A stretch of 33,650 nucleotides of DNA from the NCBI GenBank assembly GCA_903834665.1, contig CAILJY010000078.1, forward strand, positions 1-33,650, in the 5' to 3' direction. A program made the position numbers and the translations under genes. How positions within the stretch are numbered: the first letter of the stretch is position 1; every line of letters starts with the position of its first letter. The notes beneath the pieces are model-generated. The model searched no databases. It was not told the DNA's origin and saw only the letters and a program-made list of their open reading frames with translations. The DNA comes from an uncultured bacterium (GTDB lineage Bacteria; Patescibacteriota; Minisyncoccia; Phycocordibacterales; UBA9973). Shown here in pieces: positions 27,593 to 33,650 of this stretch.

Positions 27593-28396
27593 ATGATAAA
27601 AAAACAAAAACAAAATAAAGATACTTCTTGGAATAAAGTTGCAGATTGGTATGATGAGTTATTAAAAAATGATGATAGTTATCAAGCTAAGGTTATATTA
27701 CCCAATTTACTCAGAGTGCTTGATTTAAAAAAGGGGGAGAAGGTTTATGATCTTGCTTGTGGACAAGGTTATTTTGCTAATGTTTTTGCACATATGGGGG
27801 CAGATGTTGTGGCTTCTGATTTATCTAAAAAGTTGATTGAAAAAGCCAAAGAAGAAGTAAAATTTACTTCGCATAGGTCTGACCTAGGCGAAGGGGGAAT
27901 AGCTTTTTATATTACACCCGCTCATCGTGCACAATTTTTGAAAGATAATTCTGTAAATACAGTTGTAATTGTTTTAGCAATTCAGAATATTGAAAATATA
28001 AATGAAGTTCTAGTTGAATGTAAAAGAATTTTAAAAAAAGATGGACGTATAGTTATGGTTTTAAATCATCCAGCTTTTCGTGTGCCACAGGCTAGCGACT
28101 GGATTTTTCAAGATGGAGTACAATCACGAATCGTCTCAAAATATTTATCGGAATCAAAACTTTCAATTGATATGACTCCAGGAGAGAAAAATCTAAAAAA
28201 GAAAATTTCAACTATTTCTTTCCATCGATCACTTCAGTATTATGTTAAATTATTTGCTAAAAATGGTTTTGCAATTACTCGACTCGAAGAATGGATCTCA
28301 CATAAACAAAGTGGTACTGGTCCTCGCCAGCTTGCCGAAGATAAAGCCCGTAAGGAAATCCCAATGTTTATGTGTATAGAAATTAAAAATATTTAA
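27593..28396 (+). CDS. Class I SAM-dependent methyltransferase
   Basis: WNKVADWYD, VYDLACGQG motif I, VVASDLS, LKKDGRIV..LNHP, FHRSLQYY. Confidence 0.88.
   Translation: MIKKQKQNKDTSWNKVADWYDELLKNDDSYQAKVILPNLLRVLDLKKGEKVYDLACGQGYFANVFAHMGADVVASDLSKKLIEKAKEEVKFTSHRSDLGEGGIAFYITPAHRAQFLKDNSVNTVVIVLAIQNIENINEVLVECKRILKKDGRIVMVLNHPAFRVPQASDWIFQDGVQSRIVSKYLSESKLSIDMTPGEKNLKKKISTISFHRSLQYYVKLFAKNGFAITRLEEWISHKQSGTGPRQLAEDKARKEIPMFMCIEIKNI
27867..27893. repeat. GC-rich palindrome embedded in the methyltransferase CDS
   Basis: cttcgc-a-taggtc-t-gaccta-g-gcgaag; shares the aggtcWgacct core with 28401-28441. Confidence 0.7.
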
Positions 28397-28400
28397 AAAT

Positions 28401-28441
28401 AATAAAAAACTGCACAGGTCAGACCTGTGCAGTTTTTTATT
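28401..28441. terminator. Bidirectional terminator / palindrome with 1-nt loop between convergent genes
   Basis: aataaaaaactgcacaggtc-a-gacctgtgcagttttttatt. Confidence 0.8.
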
Positions 28442-29948
28442 TTAAAATTTTAATATCAGCTCCAATAGAATTTAATCGTTCGGCGATTTCTTCATAGCCA
28501 CGATTAATCATATAAACATTGCGTAAAATTGAGGTACCAGGTGCTCCAAGCATACCGATTAGTATTATCATCGCAGGACGGAGAGCGGGAGGGCAAACAA
28601 CTTGAGCTGGCTTTAAGGGTGTCCCACCTTGAATGTAGACCCGGTGTGGATCAGCGAGAGTAATACTCGCTCCGAGCCGATTTAATTCTGTAAAATAAAT
28701 TGCACGATTTTCATAGACCCAGTCATGAATCATTGTCTGACCCTTGGCTTTTATTGCAATTGGAACAAAGAATGGTAGGTTGTCCATATTTATTCCAGGA
28801 TATGGATTTGCATGAATCTTATCTTCAAGAGCTTTTAGTTTTGATGGAAATATTTTTATATCAACGAGATTTGTTCTTTCGTTATATGATTTATATTTTC
28901 GTAAAATTTTATATTTTAATCCCATCCTTTTTAATTTTTCAAGTTCTAAAGATAGAAAATCAATAGGAGAGCGAGTTATTGTGAGTTCAGAATCAGTTGT
29001 TATAGCTGCGGAAATAAACATCATTGATTCTATTGGGTCTTCACTATTATAGTATTCAATATTTTGATTTAAATCTTTTAGTCCATGAATAGTAAGAGTG
29101 CTTGTCCCTATCCCTTCAATTTTAACCCCAAGTTTTTCTAAGAAAAAACATATTTCTTGAACCATATAATTTGCACTCGCAAATTTTATTGTTGTTATTC
29201 CATTTATTTTAGAAGCGGCTATTAAAATATTTTCGCAAGCAGTATCTCCTGCTTCATACATAACAATATCAGCTCTTTTTAGATTAGGAGTCTCAATTAT
29301 ATATTCATTATTTGTAGTTTTTATTTTTACTCCAAAATCGGAAAGAGCATAAGTGTGAGCACTGATAGTTCTTTTTCCAAGCTTACATCCAGAAACATGC
29401 GGAATAGAAAATTTAGGAAGTAAATGTATAAGTGGTCCAATAAGCATTATAACAGAACGGGTTTTAATAGCTGACTCAATATTTATTTTATCGAGAGCTA
29501 ATTTTTGAGGAGGAATTATTTGAACTGAATTTTTATCTATCCATTTTACTGACACCCCAATACTTTCCAAAATTTCAATCACACGGTTTACTTCCTCGAT
29601 GCGAGCAATACCATGAAGAGTTGTTGTTCCTTTATTTAAAAGGGAAGCACAAAGAAGACCAACCGAGCCATTTTTAGAAAAATTTGTTTTTATTGTCCCA
29701 CTTAATTTTTTACCACCCTTAACTTCAAAATCAATTGAACTATTAACTGAAACAATTTTATGGTCAAGAACATTGCTTATTTTTAATAATAATTCTGTGG
29801 TGAAGTTTTGTTCACCTTTTTCCATGCGGGGGATAGAGCTTTGGGAAGTCTCAAGAGCTTTAGCAAAAGCTTCTTGGGTCATCCCGCGACGTTCACGTAA
29901 TTCTTTTATAAAATAACCAATTTTTTGTTGCTCTGTTTGTTTTTTCAT
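28437..29948 (-). CDS. murA: UDP-N-acetylglucosamine 1-carboxyvinyltransferase with N-terminal XRE-type HTH
   Basis: IKELRERRGMTQEAFAKALETSQS..RMEKGEQN HTH; GGKKLSGTI..SKN, GCKLGKR Cys loop, PYPGINMD, YENR, INRGYE. Confidence 0.92.
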   Translation of the reverse strand: MKKQTEQQKIGYFIKELRERRGMTQEAFAKALETSQSSIPRMEKGEQNFTTELLLKISNVLDHKIVSVNSSIDFEVKGGKKLSGTIKTNFSKNGSVGLLCASLLNKGTTTLHGIARIEEVNRVIEILESIGVSVKWIDKNSVQIIPPQKLALDKINIESAIKTRSVIMLIGPLIHLLPKFSIPHVSGCKLGKRTISAHTYALSDFGVKIKTTNNEYIIETPNLKRADIVMYEAGDTACENILIAASKINGITTIKFASANYMVQEICFFLEKLGVKIEGIGTSTLTIHGLKDLNQNIEYYNSEDPIESMMFISAAITTDSELTITRSPIDFLSLELEKLKRMGLKYKILRKYKSYNERTNLVDIKIFPSKLKALEDKIHANPYPGINMDNLPFFVPIAIKAKGQTMIHDWVYENRAIYFTELNRLGASITLADPHRVYIQGGTPLKPAQVVCPPALRPAMIILIGMLGAPGTSILRNVYMINRGYEEIAERLNSIGADIKILK

Positions 29949-29959
29949 ATTTTAATTTA

Positions 29960-30058
29960 AAGAGTTTCATATATTAAAATTTTACTCATTTATCCCTACC
30001 TCGCTTCGCTCGGCGCGCGCCCACACCTATTCGTAAAATTTTAATATATGAACCTCTT
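29960..30058. repeat. 26-bp inverted repeat (1 mismatch) enclosing a 47-nt GC-rich core; MITE/REP-like or operator
   Basis: aagagtttcatatattaaaattttac (29960-29985) ... gtaaaattttaatatatgaacctctt (30033-30058). Confidence 0.8.
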
Positions 30059-30113
30059 CTCTTGTTAATAATATATTGTATATTTTATCTCATATATGAT
30101 ATAATTGCAATAT

Positions 30114-31145
30114 ATGGAAATACAAGAATATGTGGATATCAAAAATTATTCAACTTTTAAAATAGGAGGCCAGTTTCGCTATTTTGTAGTTATTTCATCC
30201 ATAGAAGAACTTTCACAAATCTACGTTATCGCGCGTGAAGATGTAAAATATAAAAACACTCCAATTTTTATATTAGGGGGAGGATCTAATATTGTTTTTT
30301 CTGATGGAGTTATAAATGTTGTAGCTTTAAAAATTGAAATTAAGGGTTTTGAAATTATAAATGAAACAGATGAATATCTTGATATAAGGGTAGGAGCTGG
30401 TGAAAATTGGGATGATTTCGTGAAGAGATCAGTAGAGATGAATTTATCTGGGGTAGAAGCAATGTCTATTATTCCTGGCACTGTGGGGGCGGGCCCAGTC
30501 CAAAATGTCGGGGCTTATGGGGTAGAAGTCAAAGATATTATTTTGAACGTTGAAGTCTTTGATAAAAATATAAATGAATTTAAGATTCTTTCAAATCTAG
30601 ATTGCAAATTTGGATATAGGGATAGTATTTTTAAAAATGAAGAAAAAGATAGATATATTATAACTTATGTAATTTATCGTCTTTCTAAAAAAGAACCAAG
30701 GATCCCCAATTATCCAGATGTTCTTAAATATTTTGCAGATAAAAATCTTTTAAATCCAAGCTTAGAAAACATAAGAGAAGCTATTATTTTTATAAGGAAT
30801 AGTAAATTACCAGATTTTAGAAGATTACCTAACGTTGGATCTTTTTTTAAAAATCCAATCATTGAAAATATCTTAGCAGATAAATTAAAGGAAAATTATT
30901 TAAATATTAAAATTTTTCCAATAGACGAGAATTATTCGAAAATTCCTGCTGGCTGGCTTATTGAGAATGCTGAGTTAAAAGGGAAGTCATTTGGCAATAT
31001 TTCTGTTTATGATAAAAGTGCGCTTGTTCTAGTCAACAACAATAATGCTAGTTTTGATGACTTAATTTATGCAAAGAATGAAATAATCAAAATAGTTTTT
31101 GATAAATTTAAAATAACCTTAGAACAAGAGCCTGAGATTGTATAA
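30114..31145 (+). CDS. murB: UDP-N-acetylmuramate dehydrogenase
   Basis: STFKIGG, LGGGSN, IPGTVGAGPVQNVGAYG, FGYRDSIFK, GSFFKNP, LEQEP. ATG 30114 preferred over TTG 30105. Confidence 0.95.
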   Translation: MEIQEYVDIKNYSTFKIGGQFRYFVVISSIEELSQIYVIAREDVKYKNTPIFILGGGSNIVFSDGVINVVALKIEIKGFEIINETDEYLDIRVGAGENWDDFVKRSVEMNLSGVEAMSIIPGTVGAGPVQNVGAYGVEVKDIILNVEVFDKNINEFKILSNLDCKFGYRDSIFKNEEKDRYIITYVIYRLSKKEPRIPNYPDVLKYFADKNLLNPSLENIREAIIFIRNSKLPDFRRLPNVGSFFKNPIIENILADKLKENYLNIKIFPIDENYSKIPAGWLIENAELKGKSFGNISVYDKSALVLVNNNNASFDDLIYAKNEIIKIVFDKFKITLEQEPEIV

Positions 31146-31164
31146 TTGATTTTAAGTTAAAAAA

Positions 31165-31228
31165 TTACAATTTAGAAATGGCCGTTTCTAAATTGTAAAA
31201 TGACTAAATTTAAAAATTTAGTCATTTT
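31165..31228. terminator. Two tandem hairpins between murB and convergent tRNA-Leu
   Basis: ttacaatttagaaatgg|ccgtttctaaattgtaa and aaaatgactaaattt-aa-aaatttagtcatttt. Confidence 0.7.
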
Positions 31229-31234
31229 AGTTTG

Positions 31235-31316
31235 TGCCGGAGGAGGGACTCGAACCCTCAAGTCTTACGACACGCGATTTTGAGTCGCGCATGGTTACCA
31301 ATTTCATCACTCCGGC
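31235..31316 (-). tRNA. tRNA-Leu(CAA)
   Basis: GCCGGAGTGATGAAATTGGTAACCATGCGCGACTCAAAATCGCGTGTCGTAAGACTTGAGGGTTCGAGTCCCTCCTCCGGCA; long variable arm, anticodon loop CTCAAAA. Confidence 0.95.
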
Positions 31317-31368
31317 AAATACATGGCTAGTATACCAAATTTCTGCCAAAATGCTAGAATACTAAAAT

Positions 31369-32505
31369 ATGCAGAAAAATTTACCGCTTTCATATATAGA
31401 GATTTCGAAAGAAAATTTGATCCATAATATCAAACAGTTTAGAAGTTTGGTAGGGGAAAAGACAAAAATTGCTTCTGTAATAAAAGCCAATGCTTATGGT
31501 TATGGGGATTGTGAGGTTGCTCGCATAATCGCTCCTTATACTGATTATTTTCAAGTAGATAGTATCGAAGAATTGGAAAGAGTGAGAAATGTAACAAAAA
31601 AACCAATTTTAGTTTTTGGTTATTTAAATGAGGATGGAATAAAAAGAGCAATAAAATTAAATGCAATTATTTCAGCTTTTGATCTTATTCACCTTTTAAA
31701 AATAAATTATATTTCTGGACTTTTGAAGAAAAAGACAAAAGTTCATGTTGCGATAGATTCATATCTTGGACGAGAAGGAATTATGCCTTCACAAATTGAA
31801 AATTTTATAATTGAAATTAAAAAATTAAAGAATATTGAACTTGATGGGGTTTATTCTCATTTTGCCAATATTGAGGATACAATGAATTTTACTCATGCAG
31901 AGAAACAAATTGATATGTACCATAAATATGTAGAAATCTTTAGACAGAATGGATATATAAATATAAATACTCATATTTCTGCTACCTCTGGAATTCTTGT
32001 TTATGAAAAAGGAAATAGTTTACATAATATTGTTCGTCTTGGGATAGGTCTTTATGGTATGTGGCCAAGTGAGCATTTACAATTTTTAAATAAAAAGAAA
32101 ATAGTTTTAAAACAAGTGATGAAATGGATTACTCATGTTGCTCAAGTTAAAATTCTTCCAGCCAATCATCCAATAGGTTATGGGTTAACTTTCATAACAA
32201 AAAAAATCACAAAGATTGCAGTAATTCCACAAGGTTATGCTGATGGCTTGCCTAGATTATTGTCTAATAATGGTGAAGTTTTAATAAAGGGTAAGAAAGC
32301 AAAGATTTTGGGGCGTGTAGCCATGAATATGATTGTGGTGGATGTTTCAAATATAAAAGATATTATGCCTGATGATGAAGTTGTGATTTTAGGAGAACAA
32401 GGGAAAGGTAAGATAACTGCTGAACAAATAGCTAAAGAGTCAAATACTATAAATTATGAGGCCACAACGCGCATAAGTGCCTTATTGCCAAGGGTTATAA
32501 AATAA
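31369..32505 (+). CDS. alr: Alanine racemase
   Basis: VIKANAYG PLP-lysine motif, GVYSHFA, VRLGIGLYG, GYADG, GRVAMN, TINYE. Confidence 0.95.
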   Translation: MQKNLPLSYIEISKENLIHNIKQFRSLVGEKTKIASVIKANAYGYGDCEVARIIAPYTDYFQVDSIEELERVRNVTKKPILVFGYLNEDGIKRAIKLNAIISAFDLIHLLKINYISGLLKKKTKVHVAIDSYLGREGIMPSQIENFIIEIKKLKNIELDGVYSHFANIEDTMNFTHAEKQIDMYHKYVEIFRQNGYININTHISATSGILVYEKGNSLHNIVRLGIGLYGMWPSEHLQFLNKKKIVLKQVMKWITHVAQVKILPANHPIGYGLTFITKKITKIAVIPQGYADGLPRLLSNNGEVLIKGKKAKILGRVAMNMIVVDVSNIKDIMPDDEVVILGEQGKGKITAEQIAKESNTINYEATTRISALLPRVIK

Positions 32506-32543
32506 GGTTGCTTTTTTAGGTCTTTTATAGTATTGTATATGAC

Positions 32544-32708
32544 ATGTCACAAGATAGACTTTTAAAACTTAAGTGTACTACTTGCAAGAATGGTAATTAT
32601 TTTACAAGTAAAAATAAAAAATTAGTTACAAAAAAACTTGAACTGAAGAAGTTTTGTAAAACTTGCAAAAAGAACGTTAAACACAAAGAAGCAAAAATTA
32701 CAGGTTAA
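32544..32708 (+). CDS. rpmG: 50S ribosomal protein L33 (Zn-binding form); not in the ORF track
   Basis: MSQDRLLKLKCTTCKNGNYFTSKNKKLVTKKLELKKFCKTCKKNVKHKEAKITG; lies upstream of tRNA-Trp as is usual for rpmG. Confidence 0.95.
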   Translation: MSQDRLLKLKCTTCKNGNYFTSKNKKLVTKKLELKKFCKTCKKNVKHKEAKITG

Positions 32709-32742
32709 ATTTAAAAATCCCCAATTGGGGATTTTTAAATTT
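32707..32742. terminator. Perfect 36-bp palindrome/terminator after rpmG
   Basis: aaatttaaaaatccccaa|ttggggatttttaaattt. Confidence 0.8.
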
Positions 32743-32778
32743 TGAATTCATTTGATATAATGTTATGTAGCCCTTTAT

Positions 32779-33447
32779 ATGGGTTCTATTATGAAAAAGG
32801 AATTAGAGAAAAAAGCAAAAGAATTAAGAAAAGAAGGATATTCGATAAATGAGCTAAAAGGAACACTAAATGTATCAAAGAGTACAATTTCTAGATGGGT
32901 TGCTGATATAAAACTTTCCAATGAAGCTCAAGTTAGAATTGATAAAAATTATTCAAAAGGTCAGTTGGCTTCTCAAAAAACAATTAAAGAAAAAACAAGA
33001 TTAAAAAATTTTGAAGCTGATAATTTTGCAATTAATAAACTTAAGGATTTAAATATAAATTCGGATTGCTCACTACTTCTGTGTTCTATGTTATATCAAT
33101 GTGAAGGAAGTAAATATATAAAAGATCCTGTTACTTTTACAAATTCTGGCCCTGAACTAATAGGAACATTTTTACATTTATTTAGAAAAAGTTTTGTTTT
33201 AGAAGAAGATAAATTTAGGGTTTTAATGCATTTACATGGTTATCATAATGAAAAGACACAAAAGAAATTTTGGTCTAAAATTACAGGAATTCCGATGAAT
33301 CAATTTTTAAAAACATATAATAAACCAAATACAGGTATTTATAAAAAAGATGGATATCAGGGTTGTATTCAGGTTAGATATCATAATGTTAAAATTGGTA
33401 GAATTATTAATGCAGTTGCAAAAAAGTTTATGGAAAGGTATAAATAA
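32779..33447 (+). CDS. HTH + LAGLIDADG-like domain protein
   Basis: AKELRKEGYSINELKGTLNVSKSTISRWV HTH; SMLYQCEGSK helix then FTNSGPELIGTFLHLFR, FWSKITGIP; very basic; stop 6 nt before tRNA-Trp. Confidence 0.7.
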   Translation: MGSIMKKELEKKAKELRKEGYSINELKGTLNVSKSTISRWVADIKLSNEAQVRIDKNYSKGQLASQKTIKEKTRLKNFEADNFAINKLKDLNINSDCSLLLCSMLYQCEGSKYIKDPVTFTNSGPELIGTFLHLFRKSFVLEEDKFRVLMHLHGYHNEKTQKKFWSKITGIPMNQFLKTYNKPNTGIYKKDGYQGCIQVRYHNVKIGRIINAVAKKFMERYK

Positions 33448-33453
33448 GGCTAT

Positions 33454-33524
33454 GGGCGATTAGTATAGTGGTAGTACAATTCTCTCCAAAAGAATTGGCG
33501 AGGGTTCGATTCCTTCATCGCCCG
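33454..33524 (+). tRNA. tRNA-Trp(CCA)
   Basis: GGGCGATTAGTATAGTGGTAGTACAATTCTCTCCAAAAGAATTGGCGAGGGTTCGATTCCTTCATCGCCCG; anticodon loop CTCCAAA, G73 discriminator. Confidence 0.95.
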
Positions 33525-33629
33525 CAATTGACAGCTAGCACGAGATGTGTTAATTATAAAAATATTTTATTAGTTCTAAATTTATAAAATTTCTTTTATT
33601 CTAAGTAATTTTTTGTTATAATAATTAAT

Positions 33630-33650
33630 ATGACACCACAAGAACAAGCT
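33630..33650 (+). CDS. Start of a gene running off the window (MTPQEQA...)
   Basis: ATG 7 nt after TGTTATAAT; only 7 codons visible. Confidence 0.45.

Noticed and set aside
3520-31666. Short (62-108 aa) antisense or nested ORFs in the track, e.g. 3520-3708, 9078-9401, 18027-18353, 22070-22273, 28700-28966
   Set aside because: They overlap well-supported genes and have no motifs; they are best explained as shadow ORFs.
33528-33562. TTGACA promoter downstream of tRNA-Trp
   Set aside because: No good -10 hexamer at 16-18 nt spacing; TGTTATAAT at 33614-33622 better explains the next gene.
1-33650. Full genetic code 25 or 4 reassignment
   Set aside because: Long genes including the 2763-aa ORF are intact under code 11, with Gly as GGN and Trp as TGG. 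Only two candidate in-frame TGAs were seen, reported as a weaker finding.

Overview
AT-rich bacterial chromosomal window whose gene content strongly suggests a Patescibacteria/CPR (Parcubacteria-like) genome (inference). It opens inside a giant (>2763 aa, 5'-truncated) surface protein with Ig-like, six Calx-beta, DUF5011-like and FN3-like modules. This is followed by a single-domain response regulator and a MacB/LolD-type ABC ATPase plus permease. The centre (11.4-28.4 kb) holds four paralogues of an uncharacterised ~550-595 aa Cys-rich zinc-ribbon/solenoid protein, interleaved with two soluble VirD4/TraD-like ATPases; one ATPase carries the same CxxC-x17-CxxC module as the Cys-rich proteins. 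Also in the centre: a lamin-tail/PKD membrane protein, an NRAMP-family transporter, cutA, a cytidylyltransferase, a methyltransferase and tRNA-Ala(TGC) with a structured element that repeats the tRNA 3' end. The right end is housekeeping: HTH-murA, murB, tRNA-Leu(CAA), alr, rpmG (missed by the ORF track), an HTH/LAGLIDADG-like gene and tRNA-Trp(CCA). Notable non-coding signals: many long, nearly loopless palindromes (one family just after Cys-rich gene stops, one copy inside a CDS), two neighbouring genes apparently interrupted by in-frame TGA, and recurrent extended -10 boxes 6-9 nt before ATG. All family calls are by motif recognition; no database searches were run.
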